DNA of 64,000 bases from a virus: IMG/VR virus record IMGVR_UViG_3300009790_000004, positions 1 to 64,000 of that record; one strand, 5' to 3'. A program made the translations under genes and the position numbers. The notes beneath the pieces were generated by a model. The model was not told where the DNA came from, searched no databases, and saw nothing but the letters and a program-made list of their open reading frames with translations. How positions within the stretch are numbered: position 1 is the stretch's first letter; each line of letters starts with the position of its first letter. This document shows positions 28,810-38,304 of the stretch, piece after piece.

Positions 28810-29486
28810 TGTTTAATCATGTTGATGTGAAACTTTCTCCTTTGGAGAGAGAAACTATAGATGGTGTTCGCTTTTATCAGGTTCCTGATGAAGAAGAACT
28901 ATTAAAATTGGTTTCTATCACTTCAGTGACTTCGTTCTATAATAGAGCAAAGTTTGCTGCTTGGAGGAAGAAAATTGGTGAAGAAAAAGCTAACGAGATT
29001 ACTGCAAAAGCAACCTCTCGTGGTACTGATATGCATACTCTTACAGAGCATTATCTGAAAAATGAAGAACTTCCTGAAGTTCAACCATTATCAGATTTTC
29101 TTTTTAAAATTGCTAAACCAGAACTTAACAAGATTGATAACATTCATGCATTAGAAGGTGCTCTTTATAGTAAGGAATTGGGTGTTGCTGGTACGGTAGA
29201 CTGTATTGGTGAATATGAAGGAGAATTAGCAGTTATTGACTTTAAGACTTCTAAAGCACCTAAACCAAGAAAATGGATTGATGGATACTTTGTACAAGCA
29301 ATGGCATATGCTGCTATGTATTTTGAGTTGACTGGCACAATTGCTAAAAAACTTGTTATAATAATGGCATGTGAAGATGGAACATGTAAAGTTTACACAG
29401 AGCGTAATAAGAAAAAATATATGAAATTACTCGTACATTACATTAGAAACTTTTTGGACTTTCAAATAGACTTAAATGGAAAATGA
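28809..29486 (+). CDS. PD-(D/E)XK (Cas4-like) exonuclease
   Basis: SITSV, RGTDMH, AGTVDCI, IDFKTS and Q..AY. Confidence 0.9.
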   Translation: MFNHVDVKLSPLERETIDGVRFYQVPDEEELLKLVSITSVTSFYNRAKFAAWRKKIGEEKANEITAKATSRGTDMHTLTEHYLKNEELPEVQPLSDFLFKIAKPELNKIDNIHALEGALYSKELGVAGTVDCIGEYEGELAVIDFKTSKAPKPRKWIDGYFVQAMAYAAMYFELTGTIAKKLVIIMACEDGTCKVYTERNKKKYMKLLVHYIRNFLDFQIDLNGK

Positions 29487-29730
29487 ATTAACCAAAGCAT
29501 TAGATAAAAAATTCATGAATGCTGCCAAATTTTCTCTTGAAGTGGAGAAAATTGTATTGGAAGAAAAAGTGAATTACATCGATGCCATTGTTCTATTTTG
29601 TGATAAAAATAGTATTGAAGTTGACTCTGTTACGAAGTTGATTTCTAAACCTTTAAAGGAAAAATTAAAGGCAGATGCTATCAATTTAAATTTCATGAAA
29701 AAGACCACTCGTGCCAAGCTTCCCTTATAA
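29476..29730 (+). CDS. 33: Late-transcription coactivator gp33
   Basis: FSLEVEKIV...NYIDAIV.FC...LISKPLKEKLK.DA..LNF. Confidence 0.9.
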   Translation: MENELTKALDKKFMNAAKFSLEVEKIVLEEKVNYIDAIVLFCDKNSIEVDSVTKLISKPLKEKLKADAINLNFMKKTTRAKLPL

Positions 29731-29752
29731 ATACTAGTATCTAGGAGGAATT

Positions 29753-30082
29753 ATGTCTGATTTCTTTGAATCTGAACAAGTTCAGGAATCCATAAAAGAG
29801 ATCAATAAAATGCAAGAAAGGATTTATTCCAAAGTCTTTGCATTTCAAACATTATCTCATGAAGAGAAAATGAGGCATGTTGATGAATTGGAAGTCCTTT
29901 TAGAAAAACAAAGAAATTTCTATATGAGATTAAAGCTTTCTGATGATCCTCGTGCTAAAGATATGATGGAGCAGATCCATCAATCTGCTCAGTTGATAGG
30001 ATTCCCTAAGGATTCATCACCTGATGTTTTGTTTGAGAATATGCAGAAAACTTTACAAAATCTTCGCAAGAATTTTGCTTGA
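29753..30082 (+). CDS. DUF1825-like hypothetical protein
   Basis: FFESEQVQE...RLKLSDDPRA; TATAAATA late promoter at 29726-29733. Confidence 0.75.
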   Translation: MSDFFESEQVQESIKEINKMQERIYSKVFAFQTLSHEEKMRHVDELEVLLEKQRNFYMRLKLSDDPRAKDMMEQIHQSAQLIGFPKDSSPDVLFENMQKTLQNLRKNFA

Positions 30083-30107
30083 CATGGGAGCACTGTCGCC
30101 CTATAAT
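30079..30107 (+). promoter_or_regulatory. Consensus sigma70 promoter of gene 32
   Basis: TTGACA-N17-TATAAT. Confidence 0.9.
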
Positions 30108-30148
30108 AGACCAGTACAAAAGCCAAATCTAAACACAAGGCCAAATCT

Positions 30149-31036
30149 ATGTCTTTTGCATCATTAAAAAAACAGTCCTCTCTTGGATCTCTAACCGCAA
30201 AGTTGGTTAAAGAAGTAGAGAAGACTAATAAAGCAGGTAACGGAGCCGATGAGCGTCTCTGGAAACCTGAAGTAGATAAAGCAGGTAACGGTTACGCAGT
30301 AATTCGTTTTCTTCCTGCACCAGATAAGGAAGATCTTCCTTGGGCAAAGCTTTATTCACATGCCTTCCAAGGACCAGGTGGATGGTACATTGAAAATTCT
30401 TTAACTACTGTTGGTGGTAAAGATCCTGTTTCAGAGTACAATACTGAATTGTGGAATTCTGGTTCTGACGCTAACAAGCAGATTGCTCGTAATCAAAAGC
30501 GTAAGTTATCATATTACACTAACATCTATGTCGTAAAGGATCCTGCTAATCCAGACAATGAAGGAAAAGTATTCCTTTATAAGTTTGGTAAGAAGATCTT
30601 TGATAAGATCATGGCAGCAATGCAACCTGAGTTTGAGGATGAGAGTCCAATTAACCCATTTGACTTCTGGCAAGGTGCTAACTTCAAAGTTAAGATAAAG
30701 AAAGTTGCAGGATATTGGAACTATGATAGTTCTGAGTTTGCTGCTGTTTCTCCTCTTCTTGATGATGATAAAGCATTAGAAGATCTTTGGAAGAAGGAAT
30801 ACTCACTTGCTGAGATTACTGATGCTTCCCAGTTCAAGTCATATGATGATCTCAAAAAGAGGTTTGATTATGTTCTTGGTAATAGGAAGACAAGTGTAAG
30901 TCAAGCATTTGATGAAGATGCTGCGAATGAAGAAGTAACACCAGAGAAAGCATTTGCAAATGTATCTGCAGGATCGGGTGAATCTAGTGAAGGAGATGAG
31001 ACTCTTTCGTACTTCCAGCGTTTAGCTGAAGAGTAA
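30149..31036 (+). CDS. 32: Single-stranded DNA-binding protein gp32
   Basis: DERLWK..DKAGNGYAVIRFLP, WYIENS, NIYVVKDP and GANFK.K...NYD.S.F; acidic tail. Confidence 0.97.
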   Translation: MSFASLKKQSSLGSLTAKLVKEVEKTNKAGNGADERLWKPEVDKAGNGYAVIRFLPAPDKEDLPWAKLYSHAFQGPGGWYIENSLTTVGGKDPVSEYNTELWNSGSDANKQIARNQKRKLSYYTNIYVVKDPANPDNEGKVFLYKFGKKIFDKIMAAMQPEFEDESPINPFDFWQGANFKVKIKKVAGYWNYDSSEFAAVSPLLDDDKALEDLWKKEYSLAEITDASQFKSYDDLKKRFDYVLGNRKTSVSQAFDEDAANEEVTPEKAFANVSAGSGESSEGDETLSYFQRLAEE

Positions 31037-31038
31037 CA

Positions 31039-31073
31039 TATAAATAAAGGAGAGGTTCATCCTCTCCTTTTTT
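31039..31073 (+). terminator. Late promoter TATAAATA adjoining a bidirectional terminator hairpin
   Basis: TATAAATA at 31039-46; AAAGGAGAGG-TTCAT-CCTCTCCTTT followed by Ts. Confidence 0.8.
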
Positions 31074-31094
31074 GTTTTTCATAAAATTAATTAA

Positions 31095-31253
31095 ATGGCT
31101 TATTCAGCAAATAGGTATGCAGTAACCTTTAATTTGGGATCTGATACCAAGAAAGTAGAAATGTATGCGGAAGATGATACGAAGGCAAGAACTAGAACCC
31201 TTCAAAATTTTCCAGATGCAACAAGTATTGTAGTATCTTCTCTATCTGACTAA
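31095..31253 (+). CDS. Small hypothetical protein (52 aa)
   Basis: Hand-translated MAYSANRYAVTFNLGSDTKKVEMYAEDD...*; 2 nt before the next ATG. Confidence 0.65.
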   Translation: MAYSANRYAVTFNLGSDTKKVEMYAEDDTKARTRTLQNFPDATSIVVSSLSD

Positions 31254-31255
31254 TC

Positions 31256-31660
31256 ATGGCAAGAGATAAGGTCATTGTCTACAATGGATCTGATGGATTT
31301 TGTCGTGTAGTCATTCCATCAGAACAATGCGTTCTGTCTGATGAGGACATTATTGCTAAGGATATCAGTGCTAGTGAGTATTCGCTGGTAGATAATAGTG
31401 CTTTGCCTTCAAAATCATGGCGAAATGCTTGGAAATATAACCATAGTTCAAAAGCAGTCGAAGTAGATATTGCATCTGCTAAGACTTTATGCCAAGATGA
31501 ATTAGAGAGAAGATATTTAGATCTTAAGAAGGAAAATGCAGATATCCAGTCAATAGCAGACATGAAGGGAGAAAGTGCTTCCCTCAAGTCCAATCCTGCT
31601 GTTCCTTATTCTAGTATTACTTCAGCGACTACAGTTACTCAATTAGAAGCATTACTCTAA
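31256..31660 (+). CDS. Hypothetical protein (tail-associated-like)
   Basis: 134-aa ORF with LPSKSWRNAW motif. Confidence 0.7.
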   Translation: MARDKVIVYNGSDGFCRVVIPSEQCVLSDEDIIAKDISASEYSLVDNSALPSKSWRNAWKYNHSSKAVEVDIASAKTLCQDELERRYLDLKKENADIQSIADMKGESASLKSNPAVPYSSITSATTVTQLEALL

Positions 31661-32301
31661 GCAATATTACTTGATGCCATCTTACCAGTTTTAGTATTAT
31701 ACTGGGAAGATTTCTGATATTGCATAATTCTTTTAGTGTCATTTACGAGTGTTGATAGGTATTCTCTTTTGATTACCTTGATCGCTCGTTTTTCATTGTT
31801 CTTTCTTGTTTCTACTAACCAATTACTTACAGCAACAGTTGGATTAAGTGTTAGTCCAAAATTATCTGGGTCTGGTATAGTGAAATCTGAATCTACTACT
31901 AATTTACCAGGTAATATTAACTTACCATCACTATTTTTAACTTCTTTAGTTTCATAGTGATGAACTGCATTTAAATTTTCTCCATATTTTTCATCAGAAA
32001 TATCCCATAGAAGACCCTCGGATATTGGCCATTGATCTTCTACATTAATAATATTAGCAGATAATAGAACTACCCAGTCATATTTTGGACTCTTGTATAA
32101 TACTTCTGCTACTGTATCAGGTCTTTCACCATCTTCTATTACATATTCATTAAAATTCATAGCAAACTGAAATATATCACTTTTCAGTCTTATTCTTTTG
32201 AATATATTTTTAACCTCAACATATTGATTCCTCTGTCCACCTTCTTTTAGTGGATTGAGGTATTTAAAGTTAGGTAATAGATTGAAGTAAGCTACTGACA
32301 T
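31657..32301 (-). CDS. 53: Baseplate wedge subunit gp53
   Basis: YF..LP, NIFKR, GERPDTVA..LY, DWVVLLSANI..QWP and HHYET. Confidence 0.92.
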   Translation of the reverse strand: MSVAYFNLLPNFKYLNPLKEGGQRNQYVEVKNIFKRIRLKSDIFQFAMNFNEYVIEDGERPDTVAEVLYKSPKYDWVVLLSANIINVEDQWPISEGLLWDISDEKYGENLNAVHHYETKEVKNSDGKLILPGKLVVDSDFTIPDPDNFGLTLNPTVAVSNWLVETRKNNEKRAIKVIKREYLSTLVNDTKRIMQYQKSSQYNTKTGKMASSNIA

Positions 32302-33290
32302 TAGAAATCAATGAAATTTTCTTCATAATCTTCTCTATATATTGGCTCTAGTTCTTTAAATGCGAGATCTAATTTCATATGAACAGGAGTACCCATTTGA
32401 TCTCCATAGGTTGAATACTGACCAGAACCAGTATAGTTAACTCCTACAGATTCTAAAGCACATATCTTAAATTTATTTAAGAAAGGATGTACACCAGATC
32501 CTTTTCTGTAAGAAATCCTGAATACATCAGGACTTTGTAGAAATGCCATATCACCTTTAACTCTTTTGGGTGATGAACGCATTTTTAATTGCATGAACAT
32601 TTCTTTAACTACTTTTGCTTCTTTATTATCTCTAGGAGCTATATCCCATCTAAATTGGAAAGGTCTTAAAGATACACTACTGAAAAGAAGTTCTAAGTTT
32701 TGGTTTATTATTTGTCCTGATTGCCTTGCCATTATTTGATTGGCATTAATATTACTACCTGCTATTGCGTTTACTACACCAGCAGATGCTTTTGCCCTTA
32801 CATAGTTTTGTAAACGAGTAGTATCTGATCCTGCAGCTTGTGCTTGCTTCATTGTATATGATGCACCTTCATCCCAACCAGCACCTATATCTTCAAGCAT
32901 ATTACCATTATTGGATATTGCCTTATTTAATCCTGCTTCAACAGCACCTACACCAGCTCCTGTTAATGCATTCATATTTCCACCTTGCCAACCAACATTA
33001 TTCTTTGAACCTATTCCATTAGGCACTGGAAGTATAAAATTTCTTTCTGATTGAGCACCTTTTAGTTTACTAAATGCACCAGCACTACCAGAAAAACTAG
33101 GAGTTCCACCTTCTTTATATTTAATTGCTTCTATTAAAAAATAGTCAGTCTCAGCATCCATAATATCATATGGATATCTAAGTATTCCTGAATTTGCAGC
33201 ATTATTATTTCTGTTTGATCTAGAGGTTAGTCCTCCAACCAAAGCATTCTTGCCAAAATTCAATCCTTTTTTTATTAAACCAAAAGGCAT
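32301..33290 (-). CDS. 48: Baseplate tail-tube cap gp48
   Basis: LRYP, INQNLELLF..VSLRPFQF, P.VF.I, C.L..V.VNY and L.FKELE; position next to gp53. Confidence 0.85.
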   Translation of the reverse strand: MPFGLIKKGLNFGKNALVGGLTSRSNRNNNAANSGILRYPYDIMDAETDYFLIEAIKYKEGGTPSFSGSAGAFSKLKGAQSERNFILPVPNGIGSKNNVGWQGGNMNALTGAGVGAVEAGLNKAISNNGNMLEDIGAGWDEGASYTMKQAQAAGSDTTRLQNYVRAKASAGVVNAIAGSNINANQIMARQSGQIINQNLELLFSSVSLRPFQFRWDIAPRDNKEAKVVKEMFMQLKMRSSPKRVKGDMAFLQSPDVFRISYRKGSGVHPFLNKFKICALESVGVNYTGSGQYSTYGDQMGTPVHMKLDLAFKELEPIYREDYEENFIDF

Positions 33291-33312
33291 GATTGATACT
33301 ATTTTTACTTAT

Positions 33313-33660
33313 TTATGGTGATAATCTGAATTTTGCATATGGTATAGATCTAGCATCTTGTACTTCTCTAGGAAGAACTACATGCATTTGCCCTAAGACT
33401 TCTTCCCAGGTATAGTTTCTTATCTTACCCCAATGGTAATTGAAGCCTTTAAATCCCCATCTTTGTACCTCTGTACATGCTATCAAAGGAAACTCATCGT
33501 ATCTTATTTGGGGTGTTTTTGCTCTGTATATAAAAGTGTAATAGTTTCCTGCTTCTGGTATTATCTCTTTGTCCGTTAAAGCTTCCATTATTTCCAAGAA
33601 GAGATCGTCTGGTTCTTCCAAACCAGTTAATGAATCTACGACTGGTTGTAGTCTGCTCAT
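33313..33660 (-). CDS. 2: DNA end protector gp2-like protein
   Basis: YTFIY.AKT...YDEFPL and GFNYHW; position next to gp4. Confidence 0.75.
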   Translation of the reverse strand: MSRLQPVVDSLTGLEEPDDLFLEIMEALTDKEIIPEAGNYYTFIYRAKTPQIRYDEFPLIACTEVQRWGFKGFNYHWGKIRNYTWEEVLGQMHVVLPREVQDARSIPYAKFRLSP

Positions 33661-34094
33661 ACTCCGAGATGATCCTCAGTCAGGATTTTGAAGGTTAAAC
33701 TTCTATCTTTACACCAATTATTTGCTGCTCCCCATTTTGCTTGGTTTTTAGCATACTCCATCACTTCACGCACATATGATTTAGATCTAGTCTTTTGTTT
33801 CTTAGGTTCAATGCATTGTTTCTTTGGTTTCACTTCAATAATGTATTTTTTAATCTGTCCAGTATTCTCACGAACTCTAATATAAAAGTCTGGAAAGTAC
33901 CTATGAATACGGTTATCTAAAGGACTACGATATGGAATAATAACTTCTTCACTACCCCATTCGAGGATGTTGGGATTCTTATCACAATACTTCATGAATT
34001 TGCGTTCCCACAAACTACGATAAATAATGTTTAGATGGTTCCCCCTATACTTTTCAATATTAGTAGGTCTGAACTTACCTGAATAAGCCATCAT
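33657..34094 (-). CDS. 4: Head completion protein gp4
   Basis: YSGKFRP.N.EKYRG, YRSLWE, HRYFPDF, EVKP and NQAKW. Confidence 0.95.
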   Translation of the reverse strand: MMAYSGKFRPTNIEKYRGNHLNIIYRSLWERKFMKYCDKNPNILEWGSEEVIIPYRSPLDNRIHRYFPDFYIRVRENTGQIKKYIIEVKPKKQCIEPKKQKTRSKSYVREVMEYAKNQAKWGAANNWCKDRSLTFKILTEDHLGV

Positions 34095-34119
34095 ACTGTA
34101 ACCGCTTTAGGTATTTATT

Positions 34120-34920
34120 GTGTCAAGAGATGGATCACCAAGATTAAGAAAGACTTCGGATATCTTACCGTTGTTTACGAAAGTAGCAACTACAGCTCAT
34201 TACGAATTGTCTTTTCCAGCAATGCCTTGGCAGTTGTTGAATTATATTAAGATGGAAAGTGATGATTTAATAGATAATGCATTTGTTTTTAGAGATCTAG
34301 GTTTACTATGTAAGAATGCACAATTACCTGGAACTGCTTATGCTACGGCTCAGATCAATGGTAATTACATGGGCATCAATCAAAAGTATGCTCACACAAG
34401 GATATATACAGATTCATCATTTACTTTCATAGTTGACGATGATTATAAAGTTATTAAATTTTTTGAATTATGGCAAGAATTTATTTCTAGTGGATCAGAT
34501 ACGAATAGAAGTAGAAAGGCATATTACCATAGGATGAAATTTCCTGCAGAGTATAAGATTGATACTATGCATCTACAGAAATTTGATAAGAATCATGGTG
34601 CTAGTGTAGAATATACATTCCTTAGTGCATTTCCTGTCAATATTACTCCTGTTGCAGTCAGTTATGAATCAAGTAGAATTTTAGAAATATCCGTTTCATT
34701 TGCTTATGATAGATATTTCTTTGGTAGTCTTAGACGACAAGATACAAGAAGTAATCAGAACAGTAAAGCAGGACCAAATCCATATCCAGACTCATTCTTA
34801 ACTCATGCTGGTAATTCAACTGGAACACTTAATGAAGTGAATAATGGAGAAGATGTCAATAATAGTAGAGATCAGAATAACAATTCTGATGGTGGTAAGA
34901 AGGATACATCAGAACAGTAA
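34120..34920 (+). CDS. Tail tube / baseplate-tube initiator (gp54/gp19-like)
   Basis: C..AQLPG, FFELWQ..I, AFPVNI and .VSF.Y tube-fold signature; divergent from gp4. Confidence 0.8.
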   Translation: MSRDGSPRLRKTSDILPLFTKVATTAHYELSFPAMPWQLLNYIKMESDDLIDNAFVFRDLGLLCKNAQLPGTAYATAQINGNYMGINQKYAHTRIYTDSSFTFIVDDDYKVIKFFELWQEFISSGSDTNRSRKAYYHRMKFPAEYKIDTMHLQKFDKNHGASVEYTFLSAFPVNITPVAVSYESSRILEISVSFAYDRYFFGSLRRQDTRSNQNSKAGPNPYPDSFLTHAGNSTGTLNEVNNGEDVNNSRDQNNNSDGGKKDTSEQ

Positions 34921-34923
34921 ATA

Positions 34924-34940
34924 TGCTATAATATATAAAT
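34924..34940 (+). promoter_or_regulatory. Extended -10 promoter plus late-like element upstream of ho1
   Basis: TGCTATAAT followed by TATAAAT. Confidence 0.55.
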
Positions 34941-34956
34941 CAGTGAATACTAGTAT

Positions 34957-35631
34957 ATGGGATTAGCACAGGATTTGAAGTCGGGGACTAAACAGTCTCA
35001 TTCGGCAGCAGAGAATACTAAGTTTGTTAGTTCATTTCTCAAAGGTGTAGTAAGTAGAGAAGGTTATAGGCAACTTGTTGCTAACTATTACTTCATCTAT
35101 CATGCTATGGAAGTAGAAGTTCTAAGATTGAAAGATGATCCTATTGTGGGACCATTGAACATGAAGGAACTTTATAGACATCGTAGTCTAGCAAAAGACT
35201 GTGAGTATTTTTATGGTAGGGGCTGGGCAAAGAATATCTATCCTACTGATGCATGTCAACAGTATGTTAACCGTATTCGTGAAGTAGCACATGACCAGAC
35301 TGAACTTCTTGTAGGTCACCACTATACTCGTTATCTTGGTGATTTGTCTGGAGGTCAGATCCTTAGAAATATTGCTCAGAATGCTCTTAAGTTAGATGAT
35401 GGTGGTTTAGACTTCTATGAGTTTCCTAATATAGAGAATAAGAAGGAGTTTAAAGATCATTATCGTGCTACACTAAATACACTGCCTGTGTCTGAATCAC
35501 AGGTCTCTGCTATTGTTTCAGAGGCAAACTATGCATTTCGTTTGAATATGTTTATGTTTGATGAGTTGGATGGCAATGCGTTCAAGTCTACAATAGCTTA
35601 CCTATTCGGACTATTTAATAAAAAAGATTGA
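34957..35631 (+). CDS. ho1: Heme oxygenase
   Basis: TKQSHSAAENT and HHYTRYLGDLSGGQIL motifs. Confidence 0.96.
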   Translation: MGLAQDLKSGTKQSHSAAENTKFVSSFLKGVVSREGYRQLVANYYFIYHAMEVEVLRLKDDPIVGPLNMKELYRHRSLAKDCEYFYGRGWAKNIYPTDACQQYVNRIREVAHDQTELLVGHHYTRYLGDLSGGQILRNIAQNALKLDDGGLDFYEFPNIENKKEFKDHYRATLNTLPVSESQVSAIVSEANYAFRLNMFMFDELDGNAFKSTIAYLFGLFNKKD

Positions 35632-36344
35632 TGCCATTACCTAAAATTGTTACCCCGACCTATACATTGGTCGTTCCTTCTACAGGAAAAAAGATTACAT
35701 ATAGACCTTTCTTAGTCAAAGAAGAAAAAGTTCTTGTTATGGCTATGGAAAGTGATAATATGGATCAAGTTGGTCGAGCTATTAAAGATGTATTAAGTGC
35801 TTGTATTAATACTCGTGGAGTTAGAGTTGAGAAGTTATCTACATTTGATATTGAGTATTTGTTTCTACATATTCGTGGTAAATCTGTTGGAGAAACTATA
35901 GAAGTCATGGCTACTTGTCCTGATGATGGAGAAACAAAGGTTCCAATGACTATTGCTATTGATGATATTGAAATTCAGCAAGATCCAAAGCATGATAAAG
36001 ATATTAAATTGGATGAGAATCTAACACTTAGAATGAGATATCCTTCTCTTACTGAATTTGTTGATCAAAATTTTGGAGATGGTGATAAAGTTACTCAATC
36101 ATTTGATGTTATTGCTAGTTGTATAGATATGATCTTCTCAGATGAAGAAACATGGAATGCAAAAGATCATTCTAAAAAAGAATGGAATGCATTTGTAGAG
36201 ACATTACCGTCTCAATCATTTAAGAGGATAGAGGAATTCTTTAATACAATGCCTAAATTATCGCATAGTGTTACTGTTCAAAATCCTAATACTGGTGTAG
36301 AAAGTCAAGTCATATTGGAGGGACTAGCAAGTTTTTTCACCTAG
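35628..36344 (+). CDS. 26: Baseplate hub subunit gp26
   Basis: PLPK...Y, YRPFLVKEEK, DIEYLFL.IRGKSVGE and G...FF. Confidence 0.93.
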   Translation: MMPLPKIVTPTYTLVVPSTGKKITYRPFLVKEEKVLVMAMESDNMDQVGRAIKDVLSACINTRGVRVEKLSTFDIEYLFLHIRGKSVGETIEVMATCPDDGETKVPMTIAIDDIEIQQDPKHDKDIKLDENLTLRMRYPSLTEFVDQNFGDGDKVTQSFDVIASCIDMIFSDEETWNAKDHSKKEWNAFVETLPSQSFKRIEEFFNTMPKLSHSVTVQNPNTGVESQVILEGLASFFT

Positions 36345-36346
36345 CG

Positions 36347-36529
36347 ATGTTGCATCAAGATATAGTAGCGTATTATAAAATTAATTTCGCCTTGATGCAG
36401 CATCATAAATATAGCTTGAGTGATATAGAAAATATGATTCCTTGGGAACGAGATATATACATCAGTCTCTTGGAACAATACATTGAAGAAGAGAATCTAA
36501 AGAATCAACAAGCTAATGGTATTAGATGA
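36347..36529 (+). CDS. 51: Baseplate hub assembly catalyst gp51
   Basis: YYKINFALMQHHKYSLSDIENMIPWERDIY. Confidence 0.92.
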   Translation: MLHQDIVAYYKINFALMQHHKYSLSDIENMIPWERDIYISLLEQYIEEENLKNQQANGIR

Positions 36530-38304
36530 CCATAGACCCTAAGAAAGTATTTCCAAAATCAAGTAGGACAGATGCACAACGATCTGCATCTGAAGCTGGT
36601 GCTGCGACTACGGACAAAGATGGAAAAATAACTGCTAAACAATTTTTAGGTCTTAATAAAAATATTTTTTCTATTAATAGAAATCTTAATGCAATTGCAA
36701 ATTTATTAAAGAAACAAGCAGATAATGAAAAGGCTAGTGATCAAGCAGACGCAAAACAACAACGAGCAGCAGCAGATAAAGATAAAAAATCTGGAATGGA
36801 AGCATTTATTGAAGGTGCTTTAGTTAATACAGTAGTTAAACCTATAGAGAAAGCTAAACAAGTAACTGGAAGTGTTTTTGAAAGATTGTTTAAAGCACTT
36901 GGAGCCATTTTTGGTGGCTATGTTGGAATGAAAGGTCTTAAAGGAATACAGGCTTGGTTGGAAGGAGATAAGAGTATATTAAATCAGTTGGGTAATGATA
37001 TTAAAGCAGTATTAGCTACAGCTGCTGGAGTATTTCTTGCTATTAATGTAGGAATTCCACTTCTTACAGCTAGTATTAGTGCATTGATTGGTTCTCTTGG
37101 TGCTGGTGGAGCTTTTGCTGGTATATTAGGAGCATTGGCTAATCCATATGTATGGTTGGGACTCATAGGTGCATTAACAATTGCTGCAATGGGTACAACA
37201 CTTTTTCTACTGCTTCGAGATATTCATAGTGGTGAGTATGGTGAAAATATGCAGGGTATTGGATCTTATAATCAAATGACGCAAGATGCCATTACTAGAG
37301 TTAGTGAAGTTGGTTTAGATCAATTTAAAAAAGAACAACGACAAAAAATAGAAGCACATCTTGCAAAATATCCTTGGTTATTGGATAAGAATGGTGAGAT
37401 TAGAAATGATTTTGATCCAAAGAGAGCACTTACTAAGGAAGGATCAGTACTTAATGAACTTCTACAAGATCTAAAATACGCCAATGCAGGTGATTGGAAT
37501 AAGTGGGATGCTGGTTTGATGAGTGATAATAATACAAAATTGTTTAATCAGATACCAGCGATGATCGAACAGTTCCAAGGTGAATGGGCTAAGTTCCATG
37601 CATTAGCGAAAGAAATAACATTATTAATGGAAGATAATGCAACTGTTGAAGATTGTCCACCAGCAATACAAAAAAAGATTAAAGCATTGATGGAGACTCA
37701 GCAGGGTCATAAGAATAAGATGATGGTGTATATGGATGGTATTAAAGAATTAAGAAATCAGATGGATAGTGATGGTAAGAATTATTTGGATATGTTCTTA
37801 AGAAGACATAATATGCCTAATTTACTTCAAAGAACTGATTGGTGGGGTAAAGTAGTGCAACCAGGTCCAATTCTTGATGCAGTAGCAGTACAAGAAGGTA
37901 ATCAAGAAGGAACAAGATCATTGGCTATTAATACTTTTGGTAATCTAGGAGCAATGAATGAGGATCTTAAGGAAGATATAGGTAGAATGCCTGAACAAGT
38001 TTCTAGTAGTGATACTTTATCCAGTTCATTTCTTAATTCCAACATTGATTGGAGTGGGTCAGCAACTGCATTTAGTGATACTAAATTTAATTCTGCAGAA
38101 TTATTAACTTCTGGTGCATTCGTTAACGAAGGAAACTTTAGTTTTGTACCAATGTTTGCTGATACTAATCAGGATGGTGTAGTTGATGAGGATGAAACTG
38201 CATCATATATGGAGTCAATTTCAGAGTTACCAAATTTTCCCATAACAGATCTTAGTAATTATTATAGAGATCTGGGTTCAGTTAATTATGGAGCAGTTGA
38301 CTAA
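36526..38304 (+). CDS. Baseplate hub/tape-measure-like protein with hydrophobic segments
   Basis: Follows gp51; coiled-coil N-terminus and predicted TM stretch (ISALIGSLGAGGAFAGILG...). Confidence 0.6.
   Translation: MTIDPKKVFPKSSRTDAQRSASEAGAATTDKDGKITAKQFLGLNKNIFSINRNLNAIANLLKKQADNEKASDQADAKQQRAAADKDKKSGMEAFIEGALVNTVVKPIEKAKQVTGSVFERLFKALGAIFGGYVGMKGLKGIQAWLEGDKSILNQLGNDIKAVLATAAGVFLAINVGIPLLTASISALIGSLGAGGAFAGILGALANPYVWLGLIGALTIAAMGTTLFLLLRDIHSGEYGENMQGIGSYNQMTQDAITRVSEVGLDQFKKEQRQKIEAHLAKYPWLLDKNGEIRNDFDPKRALTKEGSVLNELLQDLKYANAGDWNKWDAGLMSDNNTKLFNQIPAMIEQFQGEWAKFHALAKEITLLMEDNATVEDCPPAIQKKIKALMETQQGHKNKMMVYMDGIKELRNQMDSDGKNYLDMFLRRHNMPNLLQRTDWWGKVVQPGPILDAVAVQEGNQEGTRSLAINTFGNLGAMNEDLKEDIGRMPEQVSSSDTLSSSFLNSNIDWSGSATAFSDTKFNSAELLTSGAFVNEGNFSFVPMFADTNQDGVVDEDETASYMESISELPNFPITDLSNYYRDLGSVNYGAVD

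Noticed and set aside
28809-29486. Cas4-like nuclease as evidence of CRISPR-Cas
   Set aside because: It is the usual exonuclease between phoH and gp33; there is no array or other cas gene.
31657-34094. Minus-strand block gp53-48-2-4 as a recent inversion
   Set aside because: This orientation is usual in T4-like cyanophages, and no flanking inverted repeats were seen.
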